From: an uncultured Gammaproteobacteria bacterium
GTDB taxonomy: Bacteria; Patescibacteriota; Patescibacteriia; Patescibacteriales; UBA12465
Assembly: GCA_964483295.1 (NCBI GenBank)
Contig: CAZAAD010000003.1
Coordinates: forward strand, 15,417-79,416
Length of the DNA stretch: 64,000 nt
Reading direction: 5' to 3'
The notes beneath the pieces are model-generated. The model saw only the letters and a list, made by a program, of their open reading frames with translations, was not told where the DNA came from and did not search any database. Within the stretch, counting starts at the first letter, position 1. Each line of letters opens with the position of its first letter. Position numbers and translations under genes: made by a program. Below are positions 9,877 to 19,477 of the stretch, piece by piece.

Positions 9877-10428
9877 ATGCCAAAAATTATCATTGCTCTC
9901 GCCGGTCCGATTGCCAGCGGTAAAGAAGTTGTTAAAAAATACCTTGAAGAAAAGTATGGCGCTTCTAGTTACAAATTTTCCAATCCGCTACGTGATATTT
10001 TAAAAAGACTATACCTACCAATTAGCCGGGAAAACCTGCAAGATACCTCAACCTGGTTGCGCGAGTACTTTGGTAACGACTTGTTGGCTAAAGTAATTGC
10101 TGAAGACGCAAAAAACGATAAGGCCGAAATTGTTATTATTGACGGAGTCCGGCGCCTAGACGATGTCGCTCACCTGAAAGCCTTACCAGAATTTAAACTA
10201 GTTGGCGTTGATGCTAATATTAAAACCCGCTACGAACGCCTAGTTAAAAGAAATGAAAACGAAGGTGATGCTGATAAAACCTTTGAACAATTCTTGATTG
10301 ATTCTGATAAAGAAACCGAAAGAGAAATCCCACGCGTTTTAAAAGAAGCTGATTATTTGATTGATAATAATGGTGATTTTGCCAGTCTTTACCAGCAAGC
10401 AGATAAACTAATTACTGATTTAAAATAA
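9877..10428 (+). CDS. P-loop nucleotide (dNMP-type) kinase-like protein
   Basis: Walker A LAGPIASGKE, small size (183 aa), and location inside the thymidylate cluster. Substrate unknown. Confidence 0.5.
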   Translation: MPKIIIALAGPIASGKEVVKKYLEEKYGASSYKFSNPLRDILKRLYLPISRENLQDTSTWLREYFGNDLLAKVIAEDAKNDKAEIVIIDGVRRLDDVAHLKALPEFKLVGVDANIKTRYERLVKRNENEGDADKTFEQFLIDSDKETEREIPRVLKEADYLIDNNGDFASLYQQADKLITDLK

Positions 10429-10434
10429 TGACCT

Positions 10435-11769
10435 ATGGAAAACCCTCAAGGAAAATTTATTGTCATTGATGGCACTGACGGCTCTGGAAAAACCACCCAG
10501 CTGAATCTCCTAAAAGCAAAATTAGAAGATGCAGGCTACGGCGTAGCGGTTGCCGACTTTCCACAATACAATACCAAGTCAGCCGGTATGGTTGAGGAAT
10601 ATTTATCTGGTAAATATGGCTCAGCCAAAGAAGTTGATCCTTACAAGGCTTCCATTTTTTATGCCGTTGATCGCTTTGATGCTAGCAGTCAGATTAAAAA
10701 CTGGCTAGCGGAAGGAAAAATCGTGCTTGCCAACCGCTACACTAGTGCCAGTCTCGGTCACCAAGGCGGAAAAATTAATAATCCTCTAGAGAGGAAGATT
10801 TTTTTCAACTGGCTCTATGATTTAGAATATAAAATTTTTGAAATTCCCAAACCAGACCTAACCATTATTCTTCAAGTTGAACCAGAAATATCTTTTCAGT
10901 TAGCCCGTAATCGCGCTCGCGAAGACTGGAAAGGAAAAACTAAGGACATTCATGAAAATGATTTTGAGCACTTAAAACAAGCCGAGCAAACCTATTTAGA
11001 AATTGCCTCTAGTTTACCAGGGTTTAGATTAATTAAATGCACGCACAACGGCGAAATTCTCAGCCCAGAAGCAATTCATTTTCTCGTCTGGCTAGCTACT
11101 AGCCAACTAGTCGTTCATCAAGTGAAGACAAACAGCGGTTTCCAAGCGATTGGTAATATCATGGGTTCAAACCAACAAATTGTAAAAAACCGTGACCTGA
11201 TTTTAAATGGCAACGGTAACAATAAGAAAATAGATGTTCCCCTTAACCTACCTATCGCTCAAGAAGAAATTAAACCAGTAGCCACACCAGAACAAGTGGT
11301 TGTCGAGCAAAGAGATGCCAACATCGCACCCGCAGTTATTGTTAAGCCAAAATTATTAGCGGAAAAAATTTCACCCGACGCTAAGTTACCACAACAAGCT
11401 CATACTGGCGATGCTGGTTATGATTTATTTGCCGCTGATTACTATTCTATTACGCCTTACGGCCAAGCTTTAGTAGCAACTGGCATTAAATTAGCGATTC
11501 CTGATAACCATGTCGGTCTGATTTGGGATAAAAGCGGCTTAGCTAATCAAGGTATTACTACCATGGGCGGAGTAATCGATTCTGGTTATCGTGGCGAGAT
11601 AAAAATCGTAGTTAAAAATTTAAGTGAGGATATTTTTAATATCGTTCCCGGACAAAAGATTGCCCAAATTCTTATCCAACCAGTTATCTTTCCTGAGCTA
11701 GAAGAAAAAATAATCACTGATGAAACTTCTCGCCAAACAAGCGCTTTTGGCTCTTCAGGAAACTTTTAA
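10435..11769 (+). CDS. Fusion protein: thymidylate kinase (N-terminal) plus dUTP diphosphatase (C-terminal)
   Basis: Residues 1-222 match Tmk (FIVIDGTDGSGKTTQ, ANRYTSASLGHQG). Residues 303-444 match trimeric dUTPase (GDAGYDL, GVIDSGYRGEI, C-terminal RQTSAFGSSG). About 80 aa of low-complexity linker joins them. Confidence 0.85.
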   Translation: MENPQGKFIVIDGTDGSGKTTQLNLLKAKLEDAGYGVAVADFPQYNTKSAGMVEEYLSGKYGSAKEVDPYKASIFYAVDRFDASSQIKNWLAEGKIVLANRYTSASLGHQGGKINNPLERKIFFNWLYDLEYKIFEIPKPDLTIILQVEPEISFQLARNRAREDWKGKTKDIHENDFEHLKQAEQTYLEIASSLPGFRLIKCTHNGEILSPEAIHFLVWLATSQLVVHQVKTNSGFQAIGNIMGSNQQIVKNRDLILNGNGNNKKIDVPLNLPIAQEEIKPVATPEQVVVEQRDANIAPAVIVKPKLLAEKISPDAKLPQQAHTGDAGYDLFAADYYSITPYGQALVATGIKLAIPDNHVGLIWDKSGLANQGITTMGGVIDSGYRGEIKIVVKNLSEDIFNIVPGQKIAQILIQPVIFPELEEKIITDETSRQTSAFGSSGNF

Positions 11770-11789
11770 AGAAAAATTAAAATACGCAT

Positions 11790-13295
11790 ATGGCTTATCA
11801 AACAATTATTGGCCTAGAAATCCATGCCGAGCTCAAAACAAAAAGCAAAATGTTTTGCGCTTGCGATAATGACGCCAGTGGCAAGGCCCCAAATACCACG
11901 GTCTGCCCAATTTGTCTTGGCCACCCCGGCACTTTACCCGTACCTAACAAAAAAGCAATTGAAGCGGTTATCGCTGCTGGTCTAGCGCTTAACTGCCAAA
12001 TAAGCCGCTTCTCTAAATTTGATCGTAAAAATTATTTCTATCCTGACCTACCTAAAGGCTACCAGATTTCTCAATACGATATGCCCTTAGCTTTTAAGGG
12101 CTTTCTGGAAATAGATGGCGAAGAAATAGAAATTACCCGTATTCATCTAGAAGAGGACACCGGTAAATCATTTCACCCTAAAGGCTCAGAGCATACTCTG
12201 ATAGATTTTAACCGGGCCGGCACACCACTAATGGAACTCGTCACTGAGCCAGTAATCAAAGATTCAACTCAGGCCAAAAAATTCTGCCAAAAATACCAAC
12301 AACTTCTCCGCTATCTAGAAATTAGTAATGCGGAAATGGAAAAAGGAGAAATGCGTTGCGAGGCTAACATCAGCATTCAAGAAGACGGCGCTTTTGAATA
12401 CAAGGATGGCGAGATAAAGCCACTCGGTAAAAAAATTCTCAATAAAAAAGTTGAGGTCAAAAATATTAATTCTTTCCGTGCCCTAGAAAAAGCGATTAAT
12501 TTTGAAATTAAACGCCAGACTGAATTAATAGAAAAAGGCGAAGAGGTAAAAGGAGAAACTAGAGGCTGGGATGATAAAAAAAATGAAACCGTTAGTCAAA
12601 GAACCAAAGAAAGTTCCGCTGACTATCGCTACTTCCCAGAACCAGATATTCCTCCCCTAGAAATAGATGGTGAATGGCTCGCCGATATTAAAGCTAGTCT
12701 GCCAGAATTACCAGTTAAAAAGAGTAAACGCTTCCAACAGGAGTACGGCTTAAGTGAAGATATTGCCGAGGTAATTACGACTGATAAAGACTTGGCCAAC
12801 TGGAGCGAGCAGGTTATTTCCGAACTAAGTGCCTGGATAGAAGCAAATGGCGATGATGCTGACCGTCAGGATAAAAAACTAGCCAAGACGGCGGGTAACT
12901 GGATTAGCGGCGAACTCTTAAAACATTTGAAAGCCAATAACGATAAAATTGATAACCTGAAAATGACTCCGGAAAATTTTGCCGAACTAATCTGCTTAAT
13001 CTACCAGGGAAAGATTAATTCCTCTGCCGGGCAAACTATCCTGGAATTTATGTATAACAACGGCGGCGACCCGACAGATATTATGAAAGAAATGGGCCTA
13101 GAACAATTAGACGATAGAGCAGAATTAGAAAAAGCAGCTAAAAAAATAATCACCGAAAATCCTGGACAAGCAGAGCAATACAAAAAAGGCAAAACTAATA
13201 TTATCCAGTTCCTGCTGGGTAAACTCATGGCGGCAACTAGCGGCAAAGCTAACCCGAAAACTGCTAAAGAACTACTAGAAAAAAATCTCAAATAA
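11790..13295 (+). CDS. gatB: Asp/Glu-tRNA amidotransferase subunit B
   Basis: YQTIIGLEIHAEL...CPICLGHPGTLP...DYRYFPEPDIPP. Confidence 0.95.
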   Translation: MAYQTIIGLEIHAELKTKSKMFCACDNDASGKAPNTTVCPICLGHPGTLPVPNKKAIEAVIAAGLALNCQISRFSKFDRKNYFYPDLPKGYQISQYDMPLAFKGFLEIDGEEIEITRIHLEEDTGKSFHPKGSEHTLIDFNRAGTPLMELVTEPVIKDSTQAKKFCQKYQQLLRYLEISNAEMEKGEMRCEANISIQEDGAFEYKDGEIKPLGKKILNKKVEVKNINSFRALEKAINFEIKRQTELIEKGEEVKGETRGWDDKKNETVSQRTKESSADYRYFPEPDIPPLEIDGEWLADIKASLPELPVKKSKRFQQEYGLSEDIAEVITTDKDLANWSEQVISELSAWIEANGDDADRQDKKLAKTAGNWISGELLKHLKANNDKIDNLKMTPENFAELICLIYQGKINSSAGQTILEFMYNNGGDPTDIMKEMGLEQLDDRAELEKAAKKIITENPGQAEQYKKGKTNIIQFLLGKLMAATSGKANPKTAKELLEKNLK

Positions 13296-13330
13296 ATACT
13301 AGACTCATAAACTACAAAAAAAATACCAAT

Positions 13331-13361
13331 AAAAAATCCCCTGACAATACCAGGGGATTTT
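13331..13361. terminator. Bidirectional intrinsic terminator (gatB / miaA)
   Basis: A-run, ATCCCCTG (13336-13343), loop, CAGGGGAT (13351-13358), T-run. Confidence 0.8.
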
Positions 13362-14294
13362 TTAAATAAATTTCTTTATTTCTGCTTGAGCTTCTGTAAA
13401 ATCTTTAATCCAGACAATACTCTTCCCTTGTTTTTCCCAGCGCTTAAACCAAGTTTTTTGTCGCTTCGCAAAACGATAAATAGCGGTAGCTAATTTCTCA
13501 CGCATCTCTACACGGCTGAGTTTACCTTGCAAAAAATTAGAAATAAATTTATATTCCAAGCCAAAAGAAATCAGGCGTGGGTAAGAAACGCCTTCCTGAT
13601 GGAGGCGCTTTACTTCCTCAATTAACCCTTCTTTTTCTAAACGTACATCTAGACGCTTCTCTATTTTTTCACGCATCTTCTCGTCACTAATATCAAGACC
13701 TAAAATTAAAAAATCATAAGGGGCATCGCCACGACTAGCAGAAAAATTATTATCCTGGGAAGCAATTTCTAAATAACGAACCAGGCGTCTTTTATTATTC
13801 TTATCACTATTATTTAACTTAGCAGCAAATTCGGGCTTTAATTCAAAAAGCATAGTAAATAGTTCAATAACACTCAGTTTCTCAAGCTCTTTTCTTTTTT
13901 CTTTATCTTCCTTAACGGCCGCTAAAACATAATTATCAGCTAAGGCCTGCAAATATAAACCACTACCGCCGACCACTAACGGTAAATGCCCACGCGCCGC
14001 CACCTCGCCAATCGCTTTATACGCTAACTTCTGATAACGCGCCAAATTAAACTTAGTATTGGGGCTAATAATATCAATGAGATGATAGGGAATTTTCTTG
14101 CGGCCAACTTGATACTCGGCTAAATCCTTGCCTGTACCAATATCCATGCCGCGATAAACCTGACGACTATCAGCACTGATAATTTCGCCAGAAAATTCCG
14201 CTGCTAAACGTACACCAAGAGACGTCTTGCCGCTCGCGGTTGGCCCAAGAATTATTATTGCCTTTAGTTTTATGCGCGACTTTTGCTTTACCAT
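13362..14294 (-). CDS. miaA: tRNA dimethylallyltransferase
   Basis: IILGPTASGKTSL...ISADSRQVYRGMDIGTGK. Confidence 0.93.
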   Translation of the reverse strand: MVKQKSRIKLKAIIILGPTASGKTSLGVRLAAEFSGEIISADSRQVYRGMDIGTGKDLAEYQVGRKKIPYHLIDIISPNTKFNLARYQKLAYKAIGEVAARGHLPLVVGGSGLYLQALADNYVLAAVKEDKEKRKELEKLSVIELFTMLFELKPEFAAKLNNSDKNNKRRLVRYLEIASQDNNFSASRGDAPYDFLILGLDISDEKMREKIEKRLDVRLEKEGLIEEVKRLHQEGVSYPRLISFGLEYKFISNFLQGKLSRVEMREKLATAIYRFAKRQKTWFKRWEKQGKSIVWIKDFTEAQAEIKKFI

Positions 14295-14299
14295 AAAAA

Positions 14300-15607
14300 T
14301 TAACCAGCCAACTTACCATATAATTTAAAAGCGGTTGCCTTATAAATAGACACGGCTGCAAACATACCAATTTTTTTCTTGCTCGCCAAGCCGTCAATCA
14401 CAACCACCTTATAAGAACCGGTTTTACCATAGTAAAAACCACTCTTATTGATTCCCTCAATCAAAACTTTCTCAATACGACCAACATATTCCCTACTATT
14501 AACCAGCGCTGTCTGTTTAATTACTTTTTCAATGGCCGCTTCCCTTCTTTTCTTTTCTTCAACACTGACATCGTCTTTTAGATTATAGGAAGCCGTACCA
14601 GGACGCGGGCTGTACCGAGAGACATAAGCTAAATCAAAATTAACCTTTTTAAATAATTTAACAGAATTATTAAATTGGCTTTTTCTTTCTCCTGGGAAGC
14701 CAACAATAACATCAGTCGTGACTGCAATTCCAGGGCGTGCCTGTCTAACTCTAGAAACAACATCCAAAAAATGAGCAACTGTATATTTTCGATTCATCGC
14801 CTGTAAAATCTGATCGTCTCCTGATTGTAAGGCTAAATGTAGATGTGGACAAACTTTTCTGCTTTCACCAATAACTTTAATCAACTCAGCACTTACATCT
14901 TTAGGGTGGCTTGAAGAAAATCTAATCCAAAAATCCCCTTTAATGGCTGCCAATTTTCTCAAGAGCTCAGGAAAACGAACCATTTTATCATGATAGCTAT
15001 TAACATTTTGAGCAATTAAAATGATTTCTCTGTAACCATTAGCGATAAGTGCTTTTACCTCAGAAATTATCTCCTGAGAAGGGCGATAAACTTCCCGACC
15101 GCGGGCATAAGGCACCACACAATAAGAACAAAAATTATTACAGCCGTTGCCGATCGGCACAAGAGCGCTAATTTTATTCTGATACCTAGGAATAATCCCT
15201 AAATATTTTTCTCCTTGCAATAAACGGACCTCATCAAGACTAAGTTTAGTTTTAATTTCACGCTTAGCAAGTAAATTAAGAATATTCGGTGTTTCATTAA
15301 TCGGCATAAAGAGGTCAACTCTTTCTTCCAGTCGCTTCAGCACATCCGGACGCTTGCTTAAACAGCCCGTAACCACAATTTTAGCAATTAAATTATCTTT
15401 TTTAATCTGATTTACTAAACCATAAAGGCGATCTTCTGCTGACTGACGAATGCCACAGGTATTAATAATTACCAATCCCGTGCCACTTTGAAAATTAGGC
15501 TTACTCTTAAAACCTTGTCCTTCTAAAAAAGCGCTTAAGCGCTCGCTATCGGCTTTATTCATCTGGCAACCGATAGTAATCAAGTGGTATGTTTTTTTCA
15601 TAATCAT
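14300..15607 (-). CDS. miaB: tRNA-i6A37 methylthiotransferase (radical SAM)
   Basis: TIGCQMN, the CNNFCSYCVVP radical-SAM motif, and a TRAM-like C-terminus. The start ATG overlaps the upstream TGA (ATGA). Confidence 0.9.
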   Translation of the reverse strand: MIMKKTYHLITIGCQMNKADSERLSAFLEGQGFKSKPNFQSGTGLVIINTCGIRQSAEDRLYGLVNQIKKDNLIAKIVVTGCLSKRPDVLKRLEERVDLFMPINETPNILNLLAKREIKTKLSLDEVRLLQGEKYLGIIPRYQNKISALVPIGNGCNNFCSYCVVPYARGREVYRPSQEIISEVKALIANGYREIILIAQNVNSYHDKMVRFPELLRKLAAIKGDFWIRFSSSHPKDVSAELIKVIGESRKVCPHLHLALQSGDDQILQAMNRKYTVAHFLDVVSRVRQARPGIAVTTDVIVGFPGERKSQFNNSVKLFKKVNFDLAYVSRYSPRPGTASYNLKDDVSVEEKKRREAAIEKVIKQTALVNSREYVGRIEKVLIEGINKSGFYYGKTGSYKVVVIDGLASKKKIGMFAAVSIYKATAFKLYGKLAG

Positions 15608-17457
15608 TTTTTTGTCTCCGCTTTAACTTGTTCGGTAATATCAACAATAGTAAAGAAAGGCTCTAGTTCGTATAAACCAAAATTATGACGAACCTGCTTA
15701 ATTAGAGTCATCTTCAGACCATAAAACGGCAATTTTCTTTCATTTAGATAAGCCACGTCCTTATCATTTAAGAAAAAATTATAATAGTAAACTGGATAAT
15801 GCTGCACTAATTTATAAGCTGCGCGCAAAACCTCATCATCCGGTAATGTGCCCATAATGACGCGACGTTCAGGAAATAAAAACTTATCGTAGTACCTAGT
15901 AATTATTACTGCCTCTGGTTCAGTCAAAGAAAAAATCATTTCGGCTGCTTGGCGCTCGGCTAAATTATTATAATACAGATGAGACAGCCCCTCTTCAGAA
16001 CCGAAGAGAACAAAATCAAGACTGATAACTGCTAAAACTAAAACCATCACCAACTGTGCACCACTGGCAGCCATTTTCTGCCAACGACGGGACGAGTTTT
16101 TAACCGCAAGAAACAAAGCATTCCCGATTCTGGTAATTGCCAGGGCGGCGACAGGCATCATCATTAAATAAATCGGCAACCAATAACGAGTGTAGGAATT
16201 GCCAATAGTAAAACGATTAGGGTCAGGATTATCATTGAATTTCCAGCTACCATAATAGAAAATTAAAACAGCGCTTAAGGCTACGAAAGCTAAAAGATAG
16301 GAAAAATATTTTTTGCGCGGTTTACGAAAACTAGAAACAATAATAAACAATAAACCAAGTAAAAACAAAATGCTTAGTGGCTTAAACATCTCCCAAATAT
16401 AATGATTAGCCATGTCTAATGACTGCTCTGGCTTGAAGCCAAAGTAAAAAATATTATGATAAATGCTTTTTAAATACTCAATAGCCTGCTCTTTATCGGA
16501 AAAAATTGATTTTACCACTCCAGAACCTGCCTGGGAAATATCATCAATCGAGCGATTCATCTCATTATAACCACCGTAAATAGGCGCCGAATAAAGCAGT
16601 TGATTAAAATAGATATTAGGAATAACTGCTAGAAAAAACCCGCAGGCCGCCAGGGATAACTTAATTAGACCAAATTGACGAACGTAAAAAAGCCAAATTA
16701 GGCCCAGGGCCGGAAGTAACCAGATTAATTCCGAAGTTCTAGTAATCGCTGCCAGTCCTAAAGAAATGCCCCCAAAAAAAGCTAAAATAAAACCGAGCCA
16801 ACGACGCGGCACAAAGCGCCAAGAAAAAAACTTAGGCCAATCAACCCGCAGACTAGCTTCAACTCGTTGCTTTTTTGGAGCCGAAGAAATTAAAAAATAG
16901 GCAGCAATAATTAGCAAAACAATGAAAAGAACATTATGGAACATGCTGCGAACTGTATAATAAATATAGACCGGAAAAAAAGCTAAAAGAAAAGTAGAAA
17001 TCAAACCGATGCGTTCCGAAAATATCTTTCTAATAACCAGAAAAAAGAAAATTATTCCCAAGGCGGCAAAAAATGGAGTTAAAAAAGGAATGGCCGAAGC
17101 TCCTAATACTGAACCTAGGCTACCGTAAATTAAAATAATACCTAAAAAGCTAACGGGCTTAAGCCAACCAGCATCGCTGCGAAAACTACGAGGCATAACC
17201 ATATTATCGCCAACGACAGCAGCTGGATCAAAAAAAGCCAACTCTTCTCCTAGGCTGAAGCGCTTAGCAAAAAAATAGTTGGCGGTTTCATCGGGAGATG
17301 ACCACTTCGTATAATTCTCATCCTGAGTCAAATAGTTAAAACTGGCTGTGGCCGCAAAAAAAACGACGGCCAAAAGACAGACCAGGAGAAAATTAAGATT
17401 AGGAGAAAATTTAAGCTTCATCATTAAAATATTAGCCGAAATTACCAATTTTAGCAA
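15604..17457 (-). CDS. GT-C fold (ArnT/PMT-like) polytopic membrane glycosyltransferase
   Basis: More than 10 predicted TM helices. The first loop carries a DE motif (SSPDETANYFFAKRF), as in family 39/83 enzymes. Confidence 0.55.
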   Translation of the reverse strand: MLKLVISANILMMKLKFSPNLNFLLVCLLAVVFFAATASFNYLTQDENYTKWSSPDETANYFFAKRFSLGEELAFFDPAAVVGDNMVMPRSFRSDAGWLKPVSFLGIILIYGSLGSVLGASAIPFLTPFFAALGIIFFFLVIRKIFSERIGLISTFLLAFFPVYIYYTVRSMFHNVLFIVLLIIAAYFLISSAPKKQRVEASLRVDWPKFFSWRFVPRRWLGFILAFFGGISLGLAAITRTSELIWLLPALGLIWLFYVRQFGLIKLSLAACGFFLAVIPNIYFNQLLYSAPIYGGYNEMNRSIDDISQAGSGVVKSIFSDKEQAIEYLKSIYHNIFYFGFKPEQSLDMANHYIWEMFKPLSILFLLGLLFIIVSSFRKPRKKYFSYLLAFVALSAVLIFYYGSWKFNDNPDPNRFTIGNSYTRYWLPIYLMMMPVAALAITRIGNALFLAVKNSSRRWQKMAASGAQLVMVLVLAVISLDFVLFGSEEGLSHLYYNNLAERQAAEMIFSLTEPEAVIITRYYDKFLFPERRVIMGTLPDDEVLRAAYKLVQHYPVYYYNFFLNDKDVAYLNERKLPFYGLKMTLIKQVRHNFGLYELEPFFTIVDITEQVKAETKK

Positions 17458-17480
17458 GAATTTGCTATGATAAGAATAAT

Positions 17481-19475
17481 ATGAAAATATTGAAAAATAA
17501 GAAGAAAATAAGCCTAGCGCTTTCTAATTTGCCAACTTTTTTGGCTGTTTTTATGACTGTAAGTGCTATCGTTTATTATTGCTACGCCCTAAACTGGGGA
17601 GGCCTAATATTTTCAATTATTTTATCTATTATTAGCATAATAATTCTTAAAAAATTTAATTTAATTACCTCTGGCCAGGTACCGAACGACAATGCTCCGC
17701 CTAACGCCCAGCTAAAAAATAGGCGCCCAGCAAAAATAATTATCCTCAGTTACTTAATTTTTCTCAGTGTAGCTCTACTTGAACTCATTACTGCCCAAAG
17801 TGGAAGACCATTAATATCACCCTGGGAAGTAGTAAATAAACTTTTCTTTTTCTTTTACCTATTAGCCACGATACTGCTAATTATTATCACCACAAAATCA
17901 GAAATTAAACGACAGACTAAACTAATCCTCATTAGCCTTCATTATCTTGTCAGTCTACTGGTGGCCGCAATTGTTTATCGGATTGGTTATGGTTTTGATC
18001 CCTTCATTCACGAAGCCGCCATGGAAATCATTGCCCAGCAAGGTTTCATTTCCCCAAAAACGCCCTACTATCTAGGACAATACGGACTAGTTATCGGTTT
18101 AAACAAAATATTTGGACTTTCAATTTCTTTTTTAAACACTATTCTTGTGCCCGTAATGGCAGCCTGCTTGTTGCCGACTGCTATGTTCCGCTTCATTAAC
18201 AAGATTAAGAAAAAGAGCTCACCAGAGAAAGAACTGTCAGGTAAATCAGAAGAAAATATTAACTTACTCACCACCCTAATACTCCTGACTTTTAGCTGGC
18301 CACTTTTTATTGTCACAACCCCTCAGAATTTAAGCTACATTTTCATTATTCTTTCCGTGCTCTCTGGGCTAATTGAACAGCAACCAGGAAAAACTGCCAT
18401 CTTGGCCGCTGCGGCCGCCTCTATTCATCCTATTGCCGGTATACCAGCTCTCATCTGGGGTGCTTGGCTAGTTTTTAGAAAACGACTGGGAAAAATTGGC
18501 TCGGCAATAATTCTATCGACTGGTGCTTTGATTCTTCCTCTTGCTCTTTTTATTCGTAGCGGCGCAAAAACTATAAATTTAAATTTGTCCTGGAAAAATG
18601 TTTACTCGCCTCTAGAAAAAGTTTGGCAAGTTGCTTCATCCGGCCAAGAAGATTTAATCCTTAATCTAGTCTATTTTATAGAACGAAATCAAGCTGCGCT
18701 CCTAATTATTATTATCGGGGTTGGCGCCGGAACTTTCTATCATCATTACCGCCGCTTACTATCAGAAAACCTGGTTCACGCTTGGCAAGGATTAACTACA
18801 ATTAGCGCTTCTTTGTTTATTGCTTTTTTATTAAGTACGCAAATTTCCTTTGCCGAGTTAATCACTTACGAACAAGGAGATTATGCTGGCAGAATTCTAA
18901 TTATTATCATTATCTTTCTATTCCCTTTCGCCGGGCTAACTATCAAAAAATTAATTAATGCTATCTACCAACAAGAAAGCGCCAGTCGTTTTATTTGGTT
19001 AACAATTGGCGCTATCTTTATAACTATTTCTTTATATCTGGCTTATCCGCGCTTTGATAAATATTTCAATGCGCGCGGTTATAGTACTAGTGACTTTGAT
19101 TTAGCGGCTGTTAAATTAACTGATAGTCTAGCCTCGGATAAATATATCGTCCTCGCTAACCAACAGGTAGCAGCTGCTGCTCTAAACACTTTCGGCTTCA
19201 ATAATTATTTAACTACTCCCAGCGGAGCAATGTATTTCTACCCGATTCCAACTGGCGGCCCTTTATACCAACACTATCTCAGAATGGTTTATGAAGAACC
19301 TAGCCGAGAAACAATGCTTCAAGCCATGGATTTAGCACAAGTCAACGAAGGCTTCTTGATTATCAATAAATACTGGAAAGATAGCGGCAAGATAATCAAG
19401 GCTGCTAAGTTAAGTGCTAATGACTGGCAAAAAATCGGCCAGGAAGAGGTTTTTATCTTCCATTATCAACGTTAA
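17481..19475 (+). CDS. Large polytopic membrane protein with C-terminal soluble domain, unknown function
   Basis: 664 aa with many hydrophobic helices. It is divergent from the GT-C gene across a 23-nt gap. No motif recognised. Confidence 0.4.
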   Translation: MKILKNKKKISLALSNLPTFLAVFMTVSAIVYYCYALNWGGLIFSIILSIISIIILKKFNLITSGQVPNDNAPPNAQLKNRRPAKIIILSYLIFLSVALLELITAQSGRPLISPWEVVNKLFFFFYLLATILLIIITTKSEIKRQTKLILISLHYLVSLLVAAIVYRIGYGFDPFIHEAAMEIIAQQGFISPKTPYYLGQYGLVIGLNKIFGLSISFLNTILVPVMAACLLPTAMFRFINKIKKKSSPEKELSGKSEENINLLTTLILLTFSWPLFIVTTPQNLSYIFIILSVLSGLIEQQPGKTAILAAAAASIHPIAGIPALIWGAWLVFRKRLGKIGSAIILSTGALILPLALFIRSGAKTINLNLSWKNVYSPLEKVWQVASSGQEDLILNLVYFIERNQAALLIIIIGVGAGTFYHHYRRLLSENLVHAWQGLTTISASLFIAFLLSTQISFAELITYEQGDYAGRILIIIIIFLFPFAGLTIKKLINAIYQQESASRFIWLTIGAIFITISLYLAYPRFDKYFNARGYSTSDFDLAAVKLTDSLASDKYIVLANQQVAAAALNTFGFNNYLTTPSGAMYFYPIPTGGPLYQHYLRMVYEEPSRETMLQAMDLAQVNEGFLIINKYWKDSGKIIKAAKLSANDWQKIGQEEVFIFHYQR

Positions 19476-19477
19476 AA

